62,102 nucleotides of DNA from Neoconidiobolus thromboides FSU 785 (GCA_025603075.1 MU626381.1:1-62102), one strand, 5' to 3'; numbered from the stretch's first letter, positions 37,579 through 48,973 are shown. Translations and numbers: made by a program. Notes: a model not told the origin generated them from the letters alone.

Positions 37579-40056
37579 ATGATTGAGTTTTATAAATCTG
37601 ATAAGTTAATTATAGGTTCTTTTGAAGAGGAGGATAAAGAATTTCTTCTTTCAATTCCATTAATGAAAAACCCAAAATCAAATACAAGGTGGTGCATAAC
37701 TTCAGAACAAAGTAAAAAGAAAAAGAAGTCGAAAAACACAGTCAAAATTGAAGAAGTTGAGAGTGATGAAGCTAAGAGTGTCGAAATTAAAGATGAAGCC
37801 AAAGATATTGTTGGTGTTAAGGAAGTTGAAAGTGAAGTCGGAGATAGTATACTAATAAAAAAAGTCGAAAATAAGATAAGGAATAGTGTCAATAATGAAG
37901 TAGTAAAAAAAGAAATCGAAAAGCAGGTTAAAAGTGAAACCCAAAGAAGTGCTGATAATAAAGAAGTTGATAACAAAGAAGTTGAAAATAAAGCCCAAAA
38001 TAGTACTAGTAATAAAGTAATCAAAGGTGAAGTTAAAAGTAATGTTAAAAGTGAGGAAGTTAGAAATGAAGCTAAAAGTGAAGTCAGAAGTAGTGATAAT
38101 ATTAAAGAAGTTGGAAAAGAGATCAGAAATAGTAATGAAGCTAAAGAAGTTAAAAGTGAAGAAGCCAAATTAAACCCTAAGTCTGTAAAATTTTCGTTCG
38201 CAAACATCGTTTCAAAAAGCGATAAAAGAGAAGATATTAATAATAAACCAAAAGTAAACGGCAATAAGAATGAGTCAATCCCTAAAAACGATACTGAGAA
38301 TCCAGTTGATGTAATTAATGCTAAAAAGCAAAATAATAATTTAGATAAAAAAAGCAATCCTGTTAAAGCAACCAGTAGTAAAGTTAATAACGAGACCAAA
38401 GATATCAATAAAGATTCAAAACCAACTAATGGTGTAAAAAATGGTATACATAATAAAAACAACGTTTTAGAAAACCAAACAAGGATTGAATCCGAAAATA
38501 AACTGCAGAATGGTCAAGGTGTAAATAAGCCTTTAAAAACTGGACCAAAGGAAATAAATGGAAAAGATATTAAGGCGAAAGACGCTAAAAGAAAGGAAGC
38601 TAACGAGAAGGAAACCAACCTAAAGGAAGTCAACGGAGAAGAAAAAAACGATAAGGGAATAAATGCAAAGGAAATTAACGATAAGGAAGACAATGTAAGT
38701 GAAACTAACGGAAAAGAGGCTTCTAGTCCAAACCAACAAAAGAGTCCAGTTGGCCCTATCAAAAAAGCACCATTTAGTTGGGCAAAAGTAGTATCTAAAA
38801 CCCCTGATAATAAACAGTCCATTGTTATATCAGGAAATACTGTAAAATTTAATGAATCTACTATAGCACCATCAATTCCAAAAGGCTCTATCAATAAAAG
38901 AGCACAAAACATAGTTGAGCTTTTTAATGATGTTAAAATATTTACTAAAAATTCAACTATTGCTTCACGTGGAATCATAAATCATAATTTACTATGTTAT
39001 GCTAATTCTACTTTACAAGCTTTATTACATTGTCCACCTTTTTTCAATTTGCTACGTATGATAGCACCTGTCGTTAAAGTACCTCAAAATAGTAATACAT
39101 TAGATGCCCCTATATTAACCGCATTACTTGAATTCTATGAAGAATATAAAAACATACCAAAACATGGATACATTGAACCCATTCATCCCTCTTTTATCAT
39201 TAGTATTGTAAAAAGTTTAGGGGAACGATTTAAAACTCAAATTGGACAACAAGAAGATGCCCATGAATTTTTAGATATTTTATTGAATGGTTTAGATGAA
39301 GAATTTCTTTCAATTTTTAAAAAAGGGGATTTTAAAATGAATAGTAAAATATTACAACAAAAAGATATTGTTATTCACATTACTAAAGAAATGAATAGTA
39401 TGGATATAGAAGAAGATGGAGATGATTGGGTAGGTGTTGGTGCGAAAAATAAACAATTTATAGATCGTGGTTTTAAAATGGTTAATACTCCAATTACTGC
39501 TTTGTTCTCTTGTATTTACAGTAGCACATTAAAATGTACTGGAGAAAAGCCTAAAGTAAGTCATAATTCATCAATTTATTTGCAATTAGAAATAGAACCA
39601 TCGCATATTGATTCTGTTGAAGATGCTATTATTCATTTACTTGAACCTGAAACAATTGAAGAAAAAGGTTCTATTACAACAACAAAGCAAGTAAGTATTA
39701 AAGCCTTACCACCAATACTTGTATTGCAACTTAAAAATGTGAATTATGATCCGCTCTATGGTCAAGTTAAAATTAAAAAAGAATTAGATTATCCATTAGT
39801 ATTAACTATTCCACCTCCAGAAGTATCCTTAAAAAGTAAATCAATACCGCCAACACAATATAAATTAATTTCAGTAATTTATCACCATGGTAATGAAGCT
39901 ATGGCAGGTCATTATACATGTGATGTAAGATATGGCGATGATGCTTGGTTTTATTTCAATGATGAGTTAGTAGAAAAACTTAAACCAGAAAGCGTGGGTA
40001 CAAGTGAACATACCTATGATGGTTCCCCTTATTTATTATTTTATCAAAGGGTTTAA
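37579..40056 (+). CDS. UBP3: Ubiquitin C-terminal hydrolase, Ubp3/USP10-like
   Basis: Cys box RGIINHNLLCYANSTLQAL, QQEDAHEFL, His box YHHGNEAMAGHYT; long K/E/N-rich N-terminus. Confidence 0.88.
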   Translation: MIEFYKSDKLIIGSFEEEDKEFLLSIPLMKNPKSNTRWCITSEQSKKKKKSKNTVKIEEVESDEAKSVEIKDEAKDIVGVKEVESEVGDSILIKKVENKIRNSVNNEVVKKEIEKQVKSETQRSADNKEVDNKEVENKAQNSTSNKVIKGEVKSNVKSEEVRNEAKSEVRSSDNIKEVGKEIRNSNEAKEVKSEEAKLNPKSVKFSFANIVSKSDKREDINNKPKVNGNKNESIPKNDTENPVDVINAKKQNNNLDKKSNPVKATSSKVNNETKDINKDSKPTNGVKNGIHNKNNVLENQTRIESENKLQNGQGVNKPLKTGPKEINGKDIKAKDAKRKEANEKETNLKEVNGEEKNDKGINAKEINDKEDNVSETNGKEASSPNQQKSPVGPIKKAPFSWAKVVSKTPDNKQSIVISGNTVKFNESTIAPSIPKGSINKRAQNIVELFNDVKIFTKNSTIASRGIINHNLLCYANSTLQALLHCPPFFNLLRMIAPVVKVPQNSNTLDAPILTALLEFYEEYKNIPKHGYIEPIHPSFIISIVKSLGERFKTQIGQQEDAHEFLDILLNGLDEEFLSIFKKGDFKMNSKILQQKDIVIHITKEMNSMDIEEDGDDWVGVGAKNKQFIDRGFKMVNTPITALFSCIYSSTLKCTGEKPKVSHNSSIYLQLEIEPSHIDSVEDAIIHLLEPETIEEKGSITTTKQVSIKALPPILVLQLKNVNYDPLYGQVKIKKELDYPLVLTIPPPEVSLKSKSIPPTQYKLISVIYHHGNEAMAGHYTCDVRYGDDAWFYFNDELVEKLKPESVGTSEHTYDGSPYLLFYQRV

Positions 40057-40505
40057 TAATATAAAATTTAAGGCTGTAATGGCTGAGTAGTAGATATTTT
40101 TTTTATAATGTGATGTCAAGTAAAAATAAAGAATTAATAGTTATCATTTAAATAGTAATAATATTTTTAATTTATTTTATAAAATTATTAATTTTTGTAT
40201 TTTTTCATTCTAATAAAAAATTAATTTAATTCTACCTCCCATTTATCACATTTTGAGGATTGAGCCTTGATAAGATCAAAAAGATGTGCTACTTGCTATC
40301 CATGTGTAACAGTCATTAAATGGGACTTCATACTAGGACCTGCCTGAGGGCGTTAAATTAAATTGACATGAAATAAAATTGACTGCATAAACTTTGATTA
40401 AGTATACTTTAAAAAAATAATTCCATTGGTTAGTTACTAAAGCTTCAAAACTAAACTTAGCAACACACTCATTTTTTATTTTTTTCAAAAAAAACTCCAA
40501 AAAAA

Positions 40506-41198
40506 ATGCCCAAAATTATATTTTGTAGGAAATGTAATAATATGACCTACCCGCGGATAGTGCGGGAAACTTCTAATTTATGTTATTTTTGTATCAAATG
40601 CCAAGCGGCCGCTTTAGGTAGTGAAAATTGTGTTTATCATCATCAAATATCGCATGTACCTAGTGAGTCTAAAATGGTAGTACCTGAACTTGGTGCGGAT
40701 TTTACTTTACCTAGAAACTCAGGTGAAAAATGTCCAAAATGTGATGCACCAGAGCCTGTATTTTTCCAAAGTAATTCAAAACACAAAGAAACTACTATGG
40801 TATTGTACTATGTTTGTTCAAGAAATAAATGTTCTCATCGTTGGAATACTAAACCAGCTAAAAAGAAAGAAGAAAGAGAAGATAAAGACTTGGAAGAATT
40901 TGAAGGAGAGAATAACAATGAGGATATGAGAGGTAATGATACAATTAATGATATTGTCAATGAACCAGATTATGAAGATGATAATTACCAAGATGACGAT
41001 AATATTTTTGAACCAAACTCTCAAGATGAAGATATAATTCAAGAAGACATTATCAAAAAAGAAAAGGATGAAAAAGCGATAGAAAATAATGAAAATAATC
41101 CAATAATAAATAATGAAGCTGATGAAAGTCAAGAGTTAAATGAAGTGGATTTTGAAGATTATGATATTAAAGAAGAAGGTTATGGAGGTGATTTCTAA
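40506..41198 (+). CDS. RPB9: RNA polymerase II subunit Rpb9 with ~115-aa acidic C-terminal extension
   Basis: Two zinc ribbons (FCRKCNNMTYPR..CIKC; CPKC..VFFQS..MVLYYVC..C), DFTLPR; intronless. Confidence 0.88.
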   Translation: MPKIIFCRKCNNMTYPRIVRETSNLCYFCIKCQAAALGSENCVYHHQISHVPSESKMVVPELGADFTLPRNSGEKCPKCDAPEPVFFQSNSKHKETTMVLYYVCSRNKCSHRWNTKPAKKKEEREDKDLEEFEGENNNEDMRGNDTINDIVNEPDYEDDNYQDDDNIFEPNSQDEDIIQEDIIKKEKDEKAIENNENNPIINNEADESQELNEVDFEDYDIKEEGYGGDF

Positions 41199-41353
41199 TT
41201 CTTTTGACTAGGCAGTAGATAAAATTTAAAATATTTTCTTTTAAACTAATTTTTTAACTTAACTTATTTCTAATATATTATTATTTTTGTTTTACTTAAA
41301 CGTATATTCAATAATTTAAAATATAAACAAAATCAAATTATAAACAATAAAAG

Positions 41354-42477
41354 TTAAGCTTCTATTTTATTAAAATGAGAAAATAAATCAGTCAATAATT
41401 GTTGAATAGCAAATTGTATAATTTGATAAACAATAGTTTGTTGTTCTTCAGACAGCTTATCTAAAGATAAAATATCTTCATCATTCTTATTAATTAAAGT
41501 TGTAATAGATTTTGGAAGAAATTGCGAAAAGTTATAAATTATAGGTAATTTTAAGGCAGGATCATATAAAGTCAAACAAAACAAAATATCCGTTTCATTA
41601 TCTTCAATTACCTTCATATTGATAATTTGAATACATAAATAAAATATACTTTCTTTGGTTGGTATCATTAATTGAGTTTCTAAATTTTTAAATAAGTTAT
41701 TGTTCTTTTGTTCTTTATCTTCTTTTAATACTTGGTTCTCTTTTTGTAACTCATAGCTAATATTCGCTTTTTCAACTTTAAACTAAACAATTAATTAATT
41801 AATTAATATTAATATATAAATTAAGCTTACTTTAGCAACATTATAACCTTCATTTAAACCTGGAGCAGGAACATCCAATAATTTCAAAGTATCATTATTT
41901 AATCCACTTCCTTCATTAGTTAGTAACTTTCTACCATCTTTAATAACAATTTTTTTAAAGTTAGCTTTATCATCTAGTATATGATCCCATAACTGTTGAA
42001 TGTCATTTTGAATCATTGTAACGTCTTGATTACAAATTAGATAAATAGTTAATTGATTAATATATTCCGTTGGACTTTTTAATGTATTCATTACATTTGT
42101 TACTGACTCTTTTGTTAACTCTTTAATTTCACTCCCTAAAATATAACTTTCTTTAATAAAATAAAAAACAAAATCATAATAAACTTGCCTAATTTGTTGA
42201 TAGTTGTATTTAAATAAGCAGTATTCGGACTGGTTTGTACTTTTTCACTTAATTCATTAATAGCACTTCTTACTGAAGTTAAATTCGTTTGTAAATATTG
42301 CATATTTTGATTATCTTGAATCACTTTAGTAGCACTTCCCCACAACCCTGAAAAACTCCAATTATTTTGTGACATTTCATTGTCTTTTAGATCCTTTTTC
42401 TCGTCTTTTACATCTTTTATGTCCTCCTTTACTTGCTTTATCTCCTCTTTTACTTCTTTATTATTGTTATTTTCCAT
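41354..42477 (-). CDS. Mtc1-like protein, about 3 exons (second acceptor uncertain)
   Basis: WSFSGLWGSATK, VTNVMNTLKSP, GLNEGYNVAK and LTLYDP..FSQFLP resemble fungal Mtc1 blocks from memory. Confidence 0.45.
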
Positions 42478-43147
42478 TTTTTAGATTTAACTTGTTTATT
42501 TTTATTAAAATTAAAATGAAGTTAAATTCTAATATTTTGTGATATTTAATTGGATTAAACATTATTTGTAATTTATTTACCATTAACACTATAGTATCAA
42601 TATTTTAATAATATTGAGTTACTACTATTACTATTGAGTTACAAGTAATATTAACAAATCAACATTACTTGAACTATATTAGCTTAGTTTGTTAGTATTT
42701 ATAACCCATGATTTAGAATAATAGTAAATAATCAAGGTGGAACATTCTTTTGTTTAAAAATTAGACAAGATTTTTTTAACTTTTAACTTTAAAAAGTAAT
42801 CAGGTTTTTGAAAGAAAATACTTTCTAAGCCACTTAATTTTTAACATTTCAATGTAAAAGTTTAAATGATAAATTTTTTTTTTAATACTGTGTTTTATTT
42901 AAATAAACATATTTCTTAATATTGTGATATTATTTTATAATTTATTTATTTAACCTTGAAAATTAAATTAGATTAAATTTCTTTTAGCAATTTAAATAAT
43001 AGCATTAAAAACGTAATCAAATTGGGGTCCACAAAATGAGCCATTTGGCTCATTATGAATGATTGGTTCAAATCAATTAAAATTTTATCATAATTCCAAC
43101 TTAAGCCACCAGAAATTTATCTTAATTATTTTTATACTTTTAACAAT

Positions 43148-45690
43148 ATGGTAAATTAATTAAAATAAAGAATACAAATAAATAATAATATCATACTTAG
43201 GCGGGTGCTTTAGAAAACGCAAAAAAATATTTACCAAAGATTCAAGATGAAGAAAGAGAAAGTCGTTTCGGCTATATTTTTTCAGTTTCTGGTCCAGGTA
43301 AATTAAATTAATTATAAATTGTAAATTAATTTTAACTTTTATTTGATAGTTGTGGTCGCTGAAAAAATGTATGGCTCTGCTATGTATGAATTAGTATGTT
43401 TTATAACGACGTTATTTATCTATGAGTATATTTATTAATATTATCTTTTAAAATAGGTACGTGTAGGCTATGAAGAGTTAGTTGGTGAAGTTATTCGTAT
43501 TGATAGAGATAAAGCTACTATTCAAGTTTATGAAGAAACTTGTAAGGAATAATAAATTAGTTTCATAGAAGAGAAATATTAAAATTTGTTATTTTTAGCT
43601 GGTTTAACTATTGGTGATCCTGTATTAAAAACTGGTAAACCACTTTCGGTTGAACTTGGTCCAGGTAGATAGCAATTTAAGCTATAAACAATCATAATGA
43701 CTTACTAATTTTGTTTTATTTCAGGTTTAATGGAAAATATTTTTGATGGTATTCAGCGTCCATTAAAGGTAAGTTATATTTATATATTGATAGTGTAATA
43801 CTGATATAATTTTTTATTAGGCTATTCAAGATCAAAGTGAAAGTATTTATATTCCACGTGGTGTTGCTACTACTGCTTTAGATAAAACTATTTCTTGGGA
43901 TTTTTCTCCAACTGATTTTAAAGTAATTTGATATTGTAGCATTGTAATATATTTATTAATTTATTATAAATAATAGGTTGGTGATCATATTACCGGTGGT
44001 GATATTTTCGGCAGTATTTTTGAGAATTCTCTCTTGAAGAATCATTCAATTATTTTACCACCTAAAGCACTTGGTACTGTTACTTATATTGCTCCAAAAG
44101 GACAATATACTATTGATGTAAATATAAATCATAATTAATTTAATAACAATGACTAAATAATTACTCTTTAAACAGGATACTGTTTTAGAAGTTGAATTCA
44201 ATGGTGTAACTAATAAATATACTATGATGCATACTTGGCCAGTACGTTCCCCAAGGCCAGTAGCTGAAAAATTAGCAGCTAATCATCCACTTTTAACTGG
44301 GCAACGTGTACTTGATGCTCTTTTCCCGTAATTTGATTTGGATATTTTATTATGTATATTTTGTTTAAATAATTATTTAGTTGTGTACAAGGTGGCACTA
44401 CCGCTATCCCAGGCGCTTTTGGATGTGGTAAAACTGTAATTTCTCAATCCCTTTCAAAATATTCCAACTCTGATATCATTATTTATGTTGGTTGTGGTGA
44501 ACGTGGTAATGAGATGGCTGAAGTATTAATGGATTTCCCAGAAGTAAGAATATCACTTAGTTTAATAATACCATAGTTTATTAATTGATTTTAACTTAAT
44601 AATTAGTTATCTGTTGCCATTGATGGTCAACAAGAATCTATCATGAAGCGTACTACTTTAGTAGCTAATACATCTAATATGCCTGTAGCTGCCCGTGAAG
44701 CTTCTATTTATACTGGTATTACTCTTTCTGAATATTTCCGTGATATGGGACGTAATGTTGCTATGATGGCTGATTCCACTTCTCGTTGGGCTGAAGCTTT
44801 ACGTGAAATTTCGGGTCGTTTAGCTGAAATGCCTGCTGATTCTGGTTATCCAGCCTACCTTGGTGCCCGTCTTGCTTCTTTCTATGAGCGTGCTGGTAAA
44901 GTCACTTGTTTAGGTAATCCAAGACGTGAAGGTAGTGTTAGTGTAGTTGGTGCTGTATCGCCACCAGGTGGTGATTTCTCTGATCCAGTTACTTCAGCTA
45001 CTTTAGGTATTGTACAAGTGTTTTGGGGCTTAGATAAAAAATTAGCTCAACGTAAACATTTCCCTTCTGTTAATTGGTCCCAATCTTATTCTAAGTACAT
45101 GAAGGCACTTGAACCTTATTATGAAAAAGCAGATTCTGAATTCATTGGATTACGTACTAAATGTAAAGAAATTCTTCAAATGGAAGAAGATCTTTCTGAA
45201 ATTGTACAATTGGTAGGAAAGGTAAATTCGGTTTGTAATAAAAACAATGAATGTTTATTAATATTATTTTAATAGAGTGCTTTAGCTGAAAGTGATAAGA
45301 TTACTTTAGAAGTAGCACGTATTATTAAAGATGATTTCTTACAACAAAATGGGTATTCATCATATGATAAATATTGCCCATTTTATAAAACAGTCTGGTT
45401 ATTACGTAATATGATTAGCTTTTATAGAGAGGCTACTCACGCAGTTGAAGTAACTAATAACCAAATTACATGGGCTAAAATTCGTGATTCTATGGGTGAT
45501 TTACTTTATAAATTATCATCTATGAAATTTGAGGTAAAATCTATTGTTACAAAATTTATAAATATGCGATAATATTTAATATTTTATTTTATTAATTTAG
45601 GATCCTGCTGATGGTGAAGAAGTATTAGTTTCTCGTTATCAAAACCTTCAAAAAGAAATTGAAGAACGATTCCGTCAACTTGTAGATTAA
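43148..45690 (+). CDS. VMA1: V-ATPase catalytic subunit A, 13 exons, no intein
   Basis: ATG-only exon 1; [39 protein letters not shown]; 12 GT-AG introns. Confidence 0.98.
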
Positions 45691-45959
45691 ACAGTATGAA
45701 CTATTAATATTCTAAGTTGATTAATAGAATCCCATCGACCTGCCTTTAATCAATTTCTGTTTTTTTCTATTATTTCATAAATGATAATTTGAATCTATTA
45801 TTAAATACTTTAGATTATATATTATTACTATTTTGAAGGTATAAACTACTTTATTTTACTATTTTCATAAATTTATCATGAAATTAAATATGAGATATGA
45901 AAATACCTTTATTCTAATAAAACACAATGTTACTGCTGCAACACCTTATAAAAATCAAA

Positions 45960-47000
45960 CTATAAAGTATAGAGAGTACATGATGGTTTGAATCTGATTT
46001 AGTTTAACTAATATTAGATTAATGCAACTAGAGAAATTACATAACTATTATCCTAGCCTTCTAAATCGAGATTATATAAGCACATTTTTACTTAAACTTT
46101 GAATATCCAGTATTCATTGTGTTGTTCATGCGAGAATGCGAGTTGCAGGGGTTAGGAAGAGGTGAGGGTACTAACCAGACAAGCATTAGCTTTTTTACTT
46201 CAAAAAAACTCCTATTTCAGATAAGGCTTTGTTTCAGCTAAAAAAGGAATTATTTAGAAATAAAAAGTAGCTGTTATATGCTTTTAATAAGGTTAAGTTA
46301 GAGAAGCTAGGGTTAATGTTTAAATTTAACTAGATTTAATCAGCTATTTGTTTGATAAAAATCAATACTTTACCAAAAACGCTACCAACTCAGCCAGTAC
46401 ACTCCTACCACTGAAATTTAATTTGATTTTTAAGCTCGAAGTTAAAATGCTTTGGCTAAAAACCAAACAACTTGATGTGATTGCTTTTATTAGATTTTTA
46501 ACACACAGCTAAACCAAGCTGTTATTGATTTCGTAAAAGAACTAAAGAAATTGTAGAGTCAAATAAATTTAGATTATTTAGTATTCAAAACTTTAGAATA
46601 AACAATATCTAGCAACTTGAATAACCCAAAGGCAATGAAATCATTAAGAATCTCATATAAGAAATTCAAGTCCTGATATCAGTTTAATTACACTATATTA
46701 ATATAATAAAGCCACGAAACTATATCTTAGATCCTTTCCAAGCCTACCTGATTAGATTGAACTCCCTTACTCGGCTAATAAACAACAACTTGCTTCCCCT
46801 ACTTCTACTGAATTGCTTATGTAGTAGAGAGTTTGCCAGAGCGAGGATGTTAAAAATTAGAAATTAAGTTGATACTAAAAGCAAATCAACAATGTGTTCA
46901 TCTTATGCCCTGATCACCCTACAGGGTCAAACCCATCTAACAAAAACTTACCTTTGCTGACAGATCTGGGGTCAAGCAGGATGTAGCACTTCGTCAGAAT
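45960..47000 (-). ncRNA. Candidate telomerase RNA (ends approximate)
   Basis: No long ORF, raised GC; template UAACCCUA 46315-46308, core-enclosing helix, H-type pseudoknot with U-rich loop and bulged U, three-way junction; G-U pairs specific to the minus strand. Confidence 0.7.
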
Positions 47001-47845
47001 TGTTAAAAGGCTAAATAGTAAAGATGATTTCATTAAAAAAATTAGATCTTCTCAATAAAAAATATTTTATACTTAGATTTTACAAAATATACCCTAAATG
47101 GATTAAATAGCTATATGGGATTTGATTATATTTTTAGTCAAATTTGAGAATTGAGCATTTAGCTAAATAAGCAATCAAAAATGATTCTGGTTGTTTATTA
47201 AATTTTTAAAGCATAATTATAAACTTTTATTATAATTTTCAACAATTATTAATGGTGTTTTATTTCATTTAAAATAAACAAAAATCAATAGTATAAAATA
47301 TAGTAAGAATCGTGATATTATTCCTTTTCTTTTGATATCATTAAATATTCCGCTTATGTCTTTTTTGTATTAAAATTTATCGTATTGAGTTATACATTGA
47401 TTTCATGCGATTTGTTTTTTGTCTAGACAGTGATTTTAACTTTAAGTCAAGCTGACGAATTACTGTGATATACAACTTCAAGGTATACAAAATATTTTAA
47501 AGTAAGAAATAAAATCTCTAATTATTTTTATCCCTTTGAGTACTCATAAAAATCAACTATGGTCTACAAAAAGTTTTAAACACAGTTAGCTTAGTAGTAA
47601 AGAAATAACTAAATTAAAAAAACTTATTTTAATTTAGATGATAGCAGTCGTAAATTTTTAAAAATATATATTGTAATATAAATCATAATATCAAACAAGT
47701 AAATTTCCTAGTCTTATTTCATCTAAATGAAGCTTTTTTAGTTGATATTTTTGTTGACATTTTATTGAACCTTATACAAAAGTGTGGTATCTCCATTTTA
47801 CAAATTTGTTAAGCTAAAATTTTCACTAGGCTTGGATTAATGCTA

Positions 47846-47946
47846 TGAGAGGATGTATTTTTTGTTTAGGAATTTTATTAGCAATTGTTCTACTCAGATG
47901 GTGCTTAAAAATGGAAAAGGTGATGAAATAAAAAACACCTCCATAT
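47846..47946 (-). mobile_element. Diverged MITE-like copy (left arm of pair 3)
   Basis: Reverse match to consensus ending CACCTCCATAT. Confidence 0.75.
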
Positions 47947-48474
47947 ACAGGTTGTTTAATGTTTTAATGGTCAATATAAAGGTGTATAATCTAGTGAAAA
48001 ATACGATTAAACTAATAAAATTGATAAAAAATAATAGAAAAATATTTGAATTTTATTCTTTTTTATTTTATTTTATTCAAACTATAATAAAATGATAAAG
48101 CTATTATTTTTAAAGCAATTGTATACAATAGTCATTTTCTAAAATTTTGATCAAATTTTAATAAATTTTTCTAATTTACAATTAAAAAACATTAGTACAT
48201 ATTTCGAAGCCTTCTGTATCATCTAATATTGCTATATTAAAGGTTTATTTAATTTTTTTAATATGAATTGCTACTTTTATAAAACCGTGTACTCTAAATT
48301 AATTAAATCAACCAAAGATTTTTGAAAGCATATTAAAGAGGAATTTTTATAGATAGTATTCAAACTTAAATTTCAGTATAAATAATTTGTATTTCTGTTA
48401 AATCTCTGCTGATTTTGGTTTTGTTTTTTCTGCTAAAAACTTTTCCTGTATCTGTATTATATTTAAAAAAAATG

Positions 48475-48574
48475 AGATGAGGATGTTTTTTTTGGTCTCA
48501 TTACTTCTATTTTTTAAGGCCTATTTGAGCAGAAAAATTGTTAGTAAAATTCTTAAACAAATATATCCTCATAT
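48475..48574 (+). mobile_element. Diverged MITE-like copy (right arm of pair 3)
   Basis: Forward match ending ATCCTCATAT. Confidence 0.75.
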
Positions 48575-48973
48575 TATATATATTCAAGCATCAAATTATA
48601 TTATAGAAGCCTTTTAGTTTGCGTCTTTTAGGCTAAAAAATTTAAATTTTAAATGACTCATTTTAAGCCACTTTGTTTTAGTATTAATAACTCTAGTATT
48701 TTTGATATTATCGATACGGCTTAAGATCAGTAAAAATCAGATATTTTAAACCATGTTTATTAATATCCATTATCTTACTCCTCCTTCTTTCAAAATTATA
48801 GTACATTAAAAATACCCATAATAATTCTAAACATCCTGTATTAAAATAAAAGCAAGCTTATTCCTTTCTATTTTTATTTTTAAGTATTTTTATATAACTA
48901 ATAGTTCAGCTCAATTTTTTTTTTGAAAAATACACTCAATTGTAACTTTAAGTATCTGTTATTTAATTTTAAT

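Noticed and set aside
37590-38978. Long antisense or alternate-frame ORFs (37590-38978, 54647-55168, 40818-41132, 21256-21597, 60837-61178 and others)
   Set aside because: Shadows of K/E/N- or RS-rich coding sequence
40071-40084. AGGCTGTAATGGCT, matching the 5' Alu motif of fungal SRP RNA as I recall it
   Set aside because: Followed by a long T run and nearly pure AT sequence, with no S-domain helix 8 motif; lies in the UBP3 3' UTR
44485-44505. VMA1 intein site
   Set aside because: [12 protein letters not shown] is uninterrupted; no intein
46148-46155. Second telomere-like 8-mer (GGGTTAGG) as an alternative template
   Set aside because: Lies outside the core-enclosing helix and 3' of the pseudoknot, the wrong position for a template
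46200-46260. Minus-strand peptide IIPFLAETK suggesting a decayed LINE endonuclease
   Set aside because: Isolated and stop-bounded; the same bases are explained better by the pseudoknot and strand-specific G-U pairing
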